Source: an uncultured Pseudomonadota bacterium (GTDB taxonomy: Bacteria > Oederibacteriota > Muellerivitia > Muellerivitales > Muellerivitaceae). Taken from it: a stretch of DNA of 64,000 nucleotides. Made by a program: the position numbers and the translations under genes. The DNA lies in contig CAVYRH010000004.1 in the NCBI GenBank assembly GCA_963770835.1, forward strand, positions 160,001-224,000, read 5' to 3'. Each line of letters begins with the position of its first letter. The first letter of the stretch is position 1. Below the pieces are notes generated by a model. It worked only from the letters and a program-made list of their open reading frames with translations, did not search any database and was not told the origin of the DNA. This document shows positions 39,212-48,495 of the stretch, one piece after another.

Positions 39212-41092
39212 TTGAGCGATAACTACCAAAGTTTCGAATACGACGTTCTCGTGATCGGCGCCGGTGGGGCGGGCTTGCGCGCCGCCATCGAGGCCTCAGC
39301 GGCGGGATGCAAGACCGGCCTGGTCTGCAAATCCCTCCTGGGAAAGGCCCACACGGTCATGGCCGAGGGCGGCATCGCGGCGGCCCTGGCCACGGTGGAT
39401 TCGCGGGATTCCTGGAAACAGCACTTCTGCGACACTTTGATCGGCGGCAACTTCGCCAACCACTGGAAGATGGCGGAGATCCACGCCAAGCAGTCGCCGG
39501 ACCGCGTGCGGGAGCTGGAAAAATGGGGCGCGGTGTTCGACCGCACCACCGACGGCAAGGGAAACATCAACGTCCGCCATTTCGGCGGGCACACCTACAA
39601 GCGCCTGGCCCACGTTGGCGACCGCACGGGGTTGGAGCTAATCCGCACCCTGCAGGACAAGGGCGTGCATTCCGGCATCGACGTGCACATGGAATGCACC
39701 ATTTATTCCCTCCTTAAGGACGGCGACCGCATCGCCGGAGCCTACGGTTATTTCCGTGAAACAGGCCGCCCCGTCCTTTTCAAAGCCAAGTCCATCATTC
39801 TTTCCACGGGGGGCATCGGAAAACTTTACTCGGTCAATTCCAACTCCTGGGAATGCACAGGCGACGGTTTCGCGCTGGCCTACCTGGCCGAGGCCGAGCT
39901 GGCCGACATGGAGTACGTTCAGTTCCACCCCACGGGCATGGTCTGGCCCGCTTCGGTCAAGGGCCTCCTTATTACCGAGGGCGTTCGGGGCGAGGGCGGG
40001 GTTTTGAAGAACAATAAGGGCGAGCGGTTCATGTTCAAGTACATCCCCCCCAAGTACCAGGGCAAGTACGCCGACACCGAGGCCGAAGCCAACGCCTGGT
40101 TCCAAAAGGTAGTGGTGGAGGGCCAGAAGGAAGAAAACGTCAAGGAACGCAAGCCTCCCGAACTCATGAGCCGCGACGTTACGGCGAGAGCCCTTTGGAC
40201 TGAGATCAAGGAAGGGCGGGGAACGGAACACGGCGGCGTGTACCTGGATATCGCCTCCCGCCGGACCCCCGAGGACATCAAGAAAAAACTCCCTTCCATG
40301 TACCACCAGTTCAAGCAGCTGGCGGACGTGGACATCACCAAGGTACCCATGGAAATCGCCCCCACCTGCCATTACATGATGGGCGGCATCAAGGTCGATC
40401 CCGAAACCCAGATGTCCAACGTGCCGGGCCTTTTCGCCGCGGGCGAATGCTCGGCGGGCATGCATGGCAGCAACCGCCTGGGCGGAAATTCCCTTTCCGA
40501 CCTCGTGGTTTTCGGCAAACTGGCTGGGGAAAACGCGGCGGCTTTTGCCAAGAAAAACGGCGCCCCGAAGATCAACGATGCCGTCTTCACCGACTTGAAC
40601 AAGGAAATGAACCGTCCCTTTGAGAACGTGGGAGGGGAAGTATCCTACGCCATCCTGGCCGACCTCCAGAAGGCTATGGAAAAAGGCGCGGGCATGTACC
40701 GGGAAGAAGCTCTGCTGGAAGGCTGCATCAAGGATTTGGCTTCCCTTCGGGAACGCCTCAAGAAGGTTTCCGCCGAGGGCAACCGCATATTCAACCCCGG
40801 CTGGCACGTGGCGCTGGACTTAAGGAACATGCTCGTCGTGGGCGAAGCCATCGCCCGGGCAGCCAAGGAACGCAAGGAATCCCGCGGGGGCCATACCCGC
40901 ACCGATTACAGTACCTATTCGAAGGATTTCGCCAGGAAGCGCGTGGTTGTGCGCCAGAAGGGCGAGTCCATGGAAGTGGCACAGGAAGACCTACCCCAGG
41001 TTCCGGCGGACCTGGAAGCGGAGCTGGTGAAGGAAGGGTTTTTGAAGGCTGAAATTTTGAAACAAATCCGAGGAGAAGCCCCAGCGCATTAA
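39212..41092 (+). CDS. sdhA: Succinate dehydrogenase / fumarate reductase flavoprotein
   Basis: IGAGGAG, KAHTVMAEGG (covalent FAD His), QFHPTG, TEGVRGEGG, HY.MGG, HGSNRLGGNSL and ESRGGH; GAGGTG RBS before TTG. Confidence 0.96.
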   Translation: MSDNYQSFEYDVLVIGAGGAGLRAAIEASAAGCKTGLVCKSLLGKAHTVMAEGGIAAALATVDSRDSWKQHFCDTLIGGNFANHWKMAEIHAKQSPDRVRELEKWGAVFDRTTDGKGNINVRHFGGHTYKRLAHVGDRTGLELIRTLQDKGVHSGIDVHMECTIYSLLKDGDRIAGAYGYFRETGRPVLFKAKSIILSTGGIGKLYSVNSNSWECTGDGFALAYLAEAELADMEYVQFHPTGMVWPASVKGLLITEGVRGEGGVLKNNKGERFMFKYIPPKYQGKYADTEAEANAWFQKVVVEGQKEENVKERKPPELMSRDVTARALWTEIKEGRGTEHGGVYLDIASRRTPEDIKKKLPSMYHQFKQLADVDITKVPMEIAPTCHYMMGGIKVDPETQMSNVPGLFAAGECSAGMHGSNRLGGNSLSDLVVFGKLAGENAAAFAKKNGAPKINDAVFTDLNKEMNRPFENVGGEVSYAILADLQKAMEKGAGMYREEALLEGCIKDLASLRERLKKVSAEGNRIFNPGWHVALDLRNMLVVGEAIARAAKERKESRGGHTRTDYSTYSKDFARKRVVVRQKGESMEVAQEDLPQVPADLEAELVKEGFLKAEILKQIRGEAPAH

Positions 41093-41123
41093 TTTTTTGG
41101 TGTTTTGGCCAGGAGGTGTTGTT

Positions 41124-41615
41124 ATGGCTTCAAGTTCGCCCCAACCGCCTCCGCTTCGCGTTTGTGAGGTTTGTGGCCAGACAAGCGCACAAAAGATTTG
41201 TCCAAATTGCGGGACTTCGGCCGCTTTTGTGGGCTGGTTTACCCGCAAGGTAAAAGACAAGATAACAATCATCCTTTTATGGTTAGCATTAATTTTTGCT
41301 TGGATCGAATTGTTCGTCTTGATGAAGGTTGTGCCTACGTTTGCTGACGTATTTGCAAGTTTTGGCGCAAAGTTGCCAGGGCCAACTGTTATTTGGATTC
41401 AAATGAGCAATGGAGTGAAGTTGTTTAATTCTCCTTTTCTTATGTGGATTCCATTTGGGGCGCTTTACCTTTTGATTGTATTTCCATTTGAACGCTTAAG
41501 GATTTTTGGTCTCAAAACGGCAGTTGGGTTGTTTGTTTTTTCAATTTTATTTATTTTTTTTACCATTATTTCGTTGTTCATGCCGATGTTTGAAATAGGG
41601 AATGTCGTCAACTAA
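41124..41615 (+). CDS. AT-rich hypothetical membrane protein with a Zn-ribbon and PilC/GspF-like membrane segments
   Basis: AGGAGG RBS; CEVC...CPNC; VVPTFADVFASFGAKLPGPT...MS and C-terminal SLFMPMFEIG. Confidence 0.6.
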   Translation: MASSSPQPPPLRVCEVCGQTSAQKICPNCGTSAAFVGWFTRKVKDKITIILLWLALIFAWIELFVLMKVVPTFADVFASFGAKLPGPTVIWIQMSNGVKLFNSPFLMWIPFGALYLLIVFPFERLRIFGLKTAVGLFVFSILFIFFTIISLFMPMFEIGNVVN

Positions 41616-41628
41616 AGGGTGGTATGAA

Positions 41629-42360
41629 ATGTCCAACATTCACATGAGGGTCTACCGGGGCAACTCGGAGGGCGGACAACTCAAAGACTACAACGTCGAA
41701 GTGGACGAAGGCATGGTGGTCTTGGACGCCATCCACCGACTCCAGGCCACCCAATCCTCCGACCTCGCCTGCCGCTGGAACTGCAAGGCCGGCAAGTGCG
41801 GAAGCTGCTCGGCGGAAATCAACGGTAAACCCCGTCTCATGTGCATGACCCGCCTGAACGAGTTTGAGGAGGGGGAAACTATCACGGTCGCGCCCATGAA
41901 AACTTTCCCCCTGATGAAGGACTTAGCCACCAATGTTTCCTGGAACTACGAGGTCAACAAGCGCATCCCGCCCTTCACGCCCAAGGACGGGGCCGACTGG
42001 CATTGGGAACAAAGGGACGTGGACCGCATCCAGGAATTCCGCAAATGCATCGAGTGCTTCCTTTGCCAGAACACCTGCCACGTCCTGCGGGAGCACGACA
42101 AGAAGACCGCCTTCGCGGGTCCGCGCTTCTTTGCCCGCATCGCCTCCCTAGAAATGCATCCCATTGACGCCCTGGATCGCACGGGGCTCTTGAAGGACCA
42201 GCAGGGCCTGGGGCTCTGCAACATTACCCGTTGCTGCACCGAGGTCTGTCCCGAGGACATCCACATCACGGATAACGCCATCATTCCCCTGAAAGAACGG
42301 GTGGTCGACAAGTATTACGACCCCCTAAGGCTCCTTTGGAACAAGGTGTTCGGAAAATAA
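41629..42360 (+). CDS. sdhB: Succinate dehydrogenase iron-sulfur subunit
   Basis: WNCKAGKCGSC, CIECFLCQNTC and CNITRCCTEVCP. Confidence 0.96.
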   Translation: MSNIHMRVYRGNSEGGQLKDYNVEVDEGMVVLDAIHRLQATQSSDLACRWNCKAGKCGSCSAEINGKPRLMCMTRLNEFEEGETITVAPMKTFPLMKDLATNVSWNYEVNKRIPPFTPKDGADWHWEQRDVDRIQEFRKCIECFLCQNTCHVLREHDKKTAFAGPRFFARIASLEMHPIDALDRTGLLKDQQGLGLCNITRCCTEVCPEDIHITDNAIIPLKERVVDKYYDPLRLLWNKVFGK

Positions 42361-42647
42361 AAAATTTCAGAAGCCCTGATCTTGAATCGGCCATCCACTG
42401 GCGTCCCTGGTCGGTGGCCATCGTCCTGGCAATCTTCCTCGCTGTTTTTTCCCTCACCGAGTTCAACCTGCTTCAATGGTCTTTTTCAATTGAATTGGGC
42501 TGTGCCGTATTGTTCGTCTCAGCGGGATGGAATATCTACGTCCTGCTGCGGGCTCGATCGGGCGGGAAGCCGGGCTTGAATCCCGAAATCGCCGACGGCC
42601 TTCTTCTCGTAGGACTGATTTTGGTTTTCCTCGGAGCGTTTTTTTAA
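42336..42647 (+). CDS. Possible small 3-TM hypothetical protein (start uncertain)
   Basis: Three hydrophobic stretches; fills the gap after sdhB; no clear start codon or RBS. Confidence 0.35.
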   Translation: MEQGVRKIKNFRSPDLESAIHWRPWSVAIVLAIFLAVFSLTEFNLLQWSFSIELGCAVLFVSAGWNIYVLLRARSGGKPGLNPEIADGLLLVGLILVFLGAFF

Positions 42648-42704
42648 AACGAAGTTTGGGCTTCGTGGCCCTATGGGCGGGACCGGGGAGCCGCCACAGG
42701 CGGA

Positions 42705-44015
42705 CTAAACCTTCGCCGCGTTCAAGTCGGCGCAAAGAATGTAAAAGTCTCCCGTCGGATCCCCTACCACCATGGCCACAGTGACGCAGAGATGGCCGGA
42801 ATTCATCGATAAGTAAGGATCGGTGAGGTAGCGATGTTGGGTGGGGGTTGAAAGAAGGGCGTAGTAAATCTCCCTCAATGAGTGATCGCTGCCCTTGGGC
42901 GAGGGGTGAAAAAGGATGCCCTTGCGCTCGGGAATGTGGTATTGACTGCAAAGGGTCTCGGTGACTTGGATTCCCTCAGCGTTCAAAAGATAAAGGCACT
43001 CCAGTGATTGGAAATGAGGGAAAAGGGAAGGAAGTTCCGCCTCCCAATCCTCAACTGGCTTATTCGGAAGGCAGGCGGCGAGGGCCTCGGCGACCAACGC
43101 ACAACGGTTTTTCAGGCCCCGATCCTTATTGGCTTTTCCGGTCATTCGGCGCTTAAACCGGGAGGCCAGGAACTGCATGCGGGATTTTCGGTTGAGCATG
43201 AAGATTGTGTTTTTTTTGTAATTCTTGGAAAAATACCGGCCCTGGACCAAGTCGGTCCCAAACTCCAGGGCCACCAAGGCATCTTCCTCACTCTCGATCC
43301 CGCTCGCAACCACCAAAATGCCCAGCGAATGGGCTCTTTTCAAAATGTTCATGAAAATCGCCTGTTTCTCCTTGCTGTTCGCCAGACCCCGGACCAGGCT
43401 TTCCTTCACCTTCACCATGTCGGGGTTGAGCCGCAGGAGAATGTCCAGGTGCTGGGGGCTGCTGGTGACATCCTTGAGGGAGACCAGGAAACCGTAACCA
43501 CGCTGGCTTTCCGCGAATTTCCATATTGATTGAAAGTCCGCTTGACCTGTAAGGGCGATTTGCACCACGATCCGGCGGGGATCGAGGGACCACTCGGCGG
43601 CTTGCCGGAACCAATGGCCGGGTTCTTCCAGGGACTCCTCTAAGACGGAAGGTTCGGCATCCATGAACATCAGCAAATGCGGCGCCTGGGACTGGAGGGG
43701 GAAAAAAGTTTCAAGGGAATTTTGTAAGAAAAGGCGTTCCAGGGGCAGCCGAAGGTGGGAATCTGCCACGGTCATGGAACGGAATAGGTCCTCGGGTTCG
43801 AATAAACGGCTGGGGTCATCCGGATCCACGGCCCGGCGAACAGCCTCCAGGCCGATCACGCTCATTTTTTGAACCGATAGGAGGGGTTCGAAAAGGCAAG
43901 TGACGCTGCGCTGGTCTAAAATGTAAAAAGGATGGATGGGATAGGCGGCAACCAAGGCCTCTTCCAAAACTTCGTCCTTGCTTAAATCCTCCAGCTTCGG
44001 CAGTTCCAAAATCAT
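42705..44015 (-). CDS. YkuI-like protein: degenerate EAL domain plus EAL-associated PAS-like domain
   Basis: FEPL..GLEAVRR, PDMVK, SGIE, QGRYF; C-terminal YLLN..G.Q..., GSDHS.R.YY and TDPYLS..SG..C.T. Confidence 0.85.
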   Translation of the reverse strand: MILELPKLEDLSKDEVLEEALVAAYPIHPFYILDQRSVTCLFEPLLSVQKMSVIGLEAVRRAVDPDDPSRLFEPEDLFRSMTVADSHLRLPLERLFLQNSLETFFPLQSQAPHLLMFMDAEPSVLEESLEEPGHWFRQAAEWSLDPRRIVVQIALTGQADFQSIWKFAESQRGYGFLVSLKDVTSSPQHLDILLRLNPDMVKVKESLVRGLANSKEKQAIFMNILKRAHSLGILVVASGIESEEDALVALEFGTDLVQGRYFSKNYKKNTIFMLNRKSRMQFLASRFKRRMTGKANKDRGLKNRCALVAEALAACLPNKPVEDWEAELPSLFPHFQSLECLYLLNAEGIQVTETLCSQYHIPERKGILFHPSPKGSDHSLREIYYALLSTPTQHRYLTDPYLSMNSGHLCVTVAMVVGDPTGDFYILCADLNAAKV

Positions 44016-44062
44016 GTCTCAACCTCCCCGATCCTTCGTTAAGCTGACCCAGGGCTTGAATG

Positions 44063-44079
44063 TGCAATGGATATGCCAA
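44063..44079 (-). promoter_or_regulatory. Sigma54 (-24/-12) promoter of the EAL gene
   Basis: Minus strand reads TTGGCATATCCATTGCA (GG-N10-GC), about 50 nt upstream of the ATG, with AT-rich upstream DNA. Confidence 0.75.
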
Positions 44080-44463
44080 GAAAAACATTATGAAGAAATC
44101 GTTTGTCGGATCTTCAACGAGGACAATTCCGTGGATCCCAAAGGACCGTGAAGTTTGCGGAGTTTAAAATTTTGAAAGTAAAATCGTTTGGCTTGTCGGA
44201 AAGGAAACAATGAAGGGATTTTTCATAAAACTGAAACGTTATCAGAGGAAATTATTCAAGATTTGAAAAGATTTTAGGCGGGCCGCCGAATATTTATACA
44301 TCCGTCAGATTAATTCGCCTAGGAAGCGGCTGAATTATAGGTCTATTTGTTCCACCCCGTGACGGGAAATCGGGAACAGGCTGAAATTTTTTAATATTAA
44401 AATTTGGACCGAAAAAATTTTGAAGAAAACCCTAGTGAGTCTTCCGGGGGATTTTAAATCCGG

Positions 44464-45744
44464 CTAAGGGCGGAGGTTGGCTCCGGACCGGTAAACCGAA
44501 ATACTCCTCAATGGTTTGCCATCCTTGTAAAAAATAACAAAATACTTCCCGATGGGCATGTCCCGTCCCTGGTTGTCCTTACCGTCCCAAGTCACCCAAC
44601 TTTCCCCTTCACCAACGATCTTCTTATCAAAAATCAGCCGCAAGGGATCGCCCCTTTCGTTCACTACCTCAAGTTGGTATCGCCCGGCGCCGTCCTCAAA
44701 GGTCACGTAAATCTCGACCGGGGGGGTTTGAAAAACAATGGCTTGCGCCTTCACCAAGGGGAGAAGCCAGGTGGGGATGGGCGTGGGTTTTGGTGGGACG
44801 GGCGGCGGAACGGGCGTCCAAAGGGCGTGGTGTAGGGGAGTCCAAGTGGGGGTGGGACGCACCCAAACGTAAGTAGATGTGGGTCGGACCCTCACCCGCC
44901 GCACTGTGGGGACCGCCCGCACCGGCCTGGGGGTCGGAAGGGGTGTCGGGGTAGCGCGGCGCCGGGGCCGGAGGGTAGGCGTAGGAGAAGGTGGCAAAGG
45001 CGTTGGAGTCCATGTTGGAATCGCTGTTGGAATGAAGGTGGGCGTGAAAGTCTTGGTAGGGGTGAAAACTACGATGGGCGTCGCGGTGGGAACCCAAGCG
45101 GGCAGTTGGGCGATCTGGCGCCAATAAAGGATGCCGCAGGCGCTGGTGGGCCCCGACCCAACGGCGGCACCGTCATAGGAAACATAGTGAATGACGAAGC
45201 CGGTTAAGGCGTCGGTGATCTGGGCGCAAGTCCATGTAGTGGTGGTGACAGGCTCTCCGGTCAGGGTGAAGGGATTGGAAGCCGGGTTGTAATTCAAATC
45301 CGTCCAGCTATTTCCCCGGGGGTCCACAGGCGGTGGAGCGCCTAGGCCACATTTGGAACCCCCCGTGGGGTCCCAATAAAGGGAAACCCCCGACTTGGCG
45401 GGGTTTTCATTGTTAACCACGAAAGGTTTGCCGCCCGCGCAGTCCACCTCCAACTCCCAGGAGCTGAAAACCAGCACGGGATTGACGTTGGTGGTCTTAA
45501 GGGCCAGGCAAACCTGGGGGCCCCTGAGCATGGGAAGGGGGACATCCACGCACAAACTTTCCGGTTTGCAGCCGGTGCTCAGGTTGCAATAATCCTTGGA
45601 GCCCAGGAAGGATCCGTTCAACCAAACCAAGGTGGTGTCGTCACCCGACACGCAAACCCGAGCGCTGACCGGCGCGCATTGGCCCAAAACGTAAAGAGGC
45701 CGCATCAGGCCTGTAAGAAGGACAATCCATAGGAATTTTTTCAC
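44464..45744 (-). CDS. Exported protein: Cys-containing N-domain, Thr/Pro/Arg-rich linker, C-terminal FlgD-like Ig domain
   Basis: GTG start with AAGGGG RBS; signal peptide; TPT repeats; VTWDGKDNQG..MP.GKYF. Confidence 0.8.
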   Translation of the reverse strand: MKKFLWIVLLTGLMRPLYVLGQCAPVSARVCVSGDDTTLVWLNGSFLGSKDYCNLSTGCKPESLCVDVPLPMLRGPQVCLALKTTNVNPVLVFSSWELEVDCAGGKPFVVNNENPAKSGVSLYWDPTGGSKCGLGAPPPVDPRGNSWTDLNYNPASNPFTLTGEPVTTTTWTCAQITDALTGFVIHYVSYDGAAVGSGPTSACGILYWRQIAQLPAWVPTATPIVVFTPTKTFTPTFIPTAIPTWTPTPLPPSPTPTLRPRRRATPTPLPTPRPVRAVPTVRRVRVRPTSTYVWVRPTPTWTPLHHALWTPVPPPVPPKPTPIPTWLLPLVKAQAIVFQTPPVEIYVTFEDGAGRYQLEVVNERGDPLRLIFDKKIVGEGESWVTWDGKDNQGRDMPIGKYFVIFYKDGKPLRSISVYRSGANLRP

Positions 45745-46209
45745 GGGTCCCCTTGGGTGAAGTTCTATTCTATCTGACTGATTCGCGCTGGGAGCTGAAG
45801 AAACAAAGAAACGCTGAAAGTTGTGGCAACTTTGAAAACGCTTCTGCGTTGGGTGTGGATGTTTTGTTTCGTGCGGCTTTGGAAGTAAAAGGGGAAATGA
45901 AATGCGGAAACATTCGAAGGCATCCCTCAAAGTTATCCCCGAAGTTGACGAAGACCCTGGCTTTCAATAATGGAAACGTCGTGTTGTGGTATGTACCAAT
46001 GGGATGACTGAAAGCGCCAGGAAAGGAGTCCAAAACCGCTCTAAAAAGTCCACCGGGGCGGTTTAATATTAAGATTGGGTTATTTTCGGCCAAAATCGGG
46101 GGCTTTTAACCGGGGTTATCCATCCGTGTAACTCCACAGAAATCTCCTACCTACATAGTCCTCCCGCCGCATCCGTTAAGCCGCACCATAACCACTCGGG
46201 AGGCCATTT

Positions 46210-47703
46210 GTGGAAATATTCGGGCAACATTTAGGTTTGGGGCATGTTATTTTCCTACTTTTCGCGTTGGGGTTGGCGCTCAGCTTCGAGTTCGTCAACG
46301 GCTTCCACGATACAGCCAACGCCGTGGCCACTGTCATTTACACCCATACGTTGAAACCTTGGATCGCGGTGGTCTGGTCCGGCTTGTGGAACCTCACGGG
46401 CGTTTTGACTTCCAGCGGCATGGTGGCCTTCGGGGTCATCGCCCTTTTACCCGTGGAATTGGTTATCCACGTAGGTTCGGCCCCGGGCTTCGCCATGGTC
46501 TTCTCCCTGCTCATTTCCGCCATTATCTGGAACGTGGGCACCTGGTATTTCGGCCTTCCGGCCTCCAGCTCCCACACTCTCATCGGTTCCATTATGGGTG
46601 TGGGTCTGGCCAACGCCATGATGTCCCCCGGCCATGTTTTCGGTGAGGGGGTCAACTGGGCCAAAGCCAAGGATGTCGGGATGGCACTTCTCGTCTCCCC
46701 GATTGTCGGTTTTGTCTGCGCGGGCCTGCTTCTTTTGATCTTCAAGGCGCTTATCAAGCGAAAAGACCTTTACGAATCCCCCAAAAAAGACGCTCCACCC
46801 CCCCTCTGGATTCGAATCCTTCTCATTCTTACTTGTACGGGAGTCAGCTTCTCCCACGGTTCCAACGACGGTCAAAAGGGTATGGGACTCATCATGCTGA
46901 TCCTTATCGGCGTAGTCCCGGCCACCTTCGCGGTTAACCTAGACACCAGCCAGCAGGCCCTCCTGGATCTCGCAGCCACCACCCAAACCATCTCCTTCCA
47001 AATGGACAAGCACTCCCCCGGCGCGGCCATGGCGGGCGGCCCGGTGGCGGACCAGATGATTTCCGACTACATTAAAGCCTCGGGCAAAATTTCAAATGAC
47101 ACCTTCGCTGCCATCGGAACCAAATGCAGGGAAATTTCCGCCGAATTGGAAGGTAAGAAAAGCCTGAATGAACTCTCGGAAGACGGCCGCAGGGGCCTGC
47201 GAAATGACCTTTACCTGACATCGGAAGCCTTAGGCAAAGCTTTGAAACAGAACTTGTTGACCGATCCAGCAGAACAAAAGTCGGTTAAGGATCTGAAAGG
47301 ACACATGGACAAACTCACTAAGTTCATCCCGGTCTGGGTGAAATTCGCCGTGGCCTTGGCTCTGGGATTGGGGACCATGATCGGCTGGAAGCGCATCGTG
47401 GTGACGGTGGGCGAAAAAATCGGGAAAGCCCATTTGACCTATGCACAAGGGGCCTCGGCAGAACTGGTGGCCTTTGCCACCATTCAAGCGGCGGACATTT
47501 GGGGCCTACCTGTCAGTACAACCCATATCCTCTCTTCCGGCATCGCCGGCACCATGGCGGCCAACCGGTCGGGGTTGCAGTCGAAGACCCTGATGAATAT
47601 TCTCATGGCCTGGGTCCTCACCCTGCCGGTTTGTATGCTCCTGGGTGGCGCTATCTTCGCCTTCACCTTGAACGTGGTTTTCCACGCGTTTGGGATTAAA
47701 TAA
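46210..47703 (+). CDS. pitA: Inorganic phosphate transporter (PiT family)
   Basis: NGFHDTANAVAT, GLPASSSH, HGSNDGQKGMG and PVSTTH. Confidence 0.94.
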   Translation: MEIFGQHLGLGHVIFLLFALGLALSFEFVNGFHDTANAVATVIYTHTLKPWIAVVWSGLWNLTGVLTSSGMVAFGVIALLPVELVIHVGSAPGFAMVFSLLISAIIWNVGTWYFGLPASSSHTLIGSIMGVGLANAMMSPGHVFGEGVNWAKAKDVGMALLVSPIVGFVCAGLLLLIFKALIKRKDLYESPKKDAPPPLWIRILLILTCTGVSFSHGSNDGQKGMGLIMLILIGVVPATFAVNLDTSQQALLDLAATTQTISFQMDKHSPGAAMAGGPVADQMISDYIKASGKISNDTFAAIGTKCREISAELEGKKSLNELSEDGRRGLRNDLYLTSEALGKALKQNLLTDPAEQKSVKDLKGHMDKLTKFIPVWVKFAVALALGLGTMIGWKRIVVTVGEKIGKAHLTYAQGASAELVAFATIQAADIWGLPVSTTHILSSGIAGTMAANRSGLQSKTLMNILMAWVLTLPVCMLLGGAIFAFTLNVVFHAFGIK

Positions 47704-47844
47704 GGCTCGAAAATTCTCTTGAAATCCGGGTCGAGGGGGAAAAAAGGGCGCGGGAAGGACCCGAAAGCCTCTCCACGCCTCAGCCTGGCGGGGCAGGCGA
47801 TTAACTTCATTTCCTTGGTGGAGCATCTCCCTTACGGCGCCAGC

Positions 47845-48072
47845 ATGCTACAGGAAAAAAAGGTAGCACGGGGCGCCATGGGTTTTGGAATCCTGGTCAT
47901 GGCCGTTGGGGCCGCCATCTTTACCATCGGCTGGTGGCAAAAATGGACCTGGCTCGTCGAGACCGCTTTTTTTATCACGTTGGTAGGCTGGATGATGGTC
48001 ATCCTGGGGTTCGCCTTCGGTGTAGTGGGATGGGCCGCCCGGACCCTCCCATTTAAAATCCGTGGGAAATAA
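47845..48072 (+). CDS. Small 2-TM hypothetical protein
   Basis: Two hydrophobic helices with basic ends. Confidence 0.5.
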   Translation: MLQEKKVARGAMGFGILVMAVGAAIFTIGWWQKWTWLVETAFFITLVGWMMVILGFAFGVVGWAARTLPFKIRGK

Positions 48073-48185
48073 AAGAAAATTGACCTCAGCCTTGAACCCG
48101 TTGATTGAGAGGCCCCAACATCCTTAGCCGGCAAGGGATGGTGTTATAATGGACCTTCTATTGATCTTGTGAGAGGCCCATCTGC

Positions 48186-48413
48186 TTGAAAAAGAGACTC
48201 CACATAACCCTGTTTTTTAGCGCAACTGCCCTTTTGATGGGTTTGCAATCCTGCAACACCAACAACAATAACCCAACGGTCCCCGCGCCTTTGCCGACGA
48301 ATACCTCGACTTTTACCGTTACTCCCACCCACACGATCACGAATACCCCTACCCCTAGGCCCACCCATACCCCAACCCAAACTCCGACCTCCACTCCCAC
48401 CGCGACCCCTTAA
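48186..48413 (+). CDS. Small lipoprotein consisting almost entirely of a (T-X)n tail
   Basis: Extended -10 TGtTATAAT (48142-48150); GAGAGG RBS; lipobox LQS|C; TPT repeats to the C-terminus. Confidence 0.7.
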   Translation: MKKRLHITLFFSATALLMGLQSCNTNNNNPTVPAPLPTNTSTFTVTPTHTITNTPTPRPTHTPTQTPTSTPTATP

Positions 48414-48495
48414 ATTTAAATAAGGCGCGCATCGCCAACCTTTTCTCCCTAAACCCCATCTGACGGAACTTTTTAAAGGCCACCCCATCCCCGGC

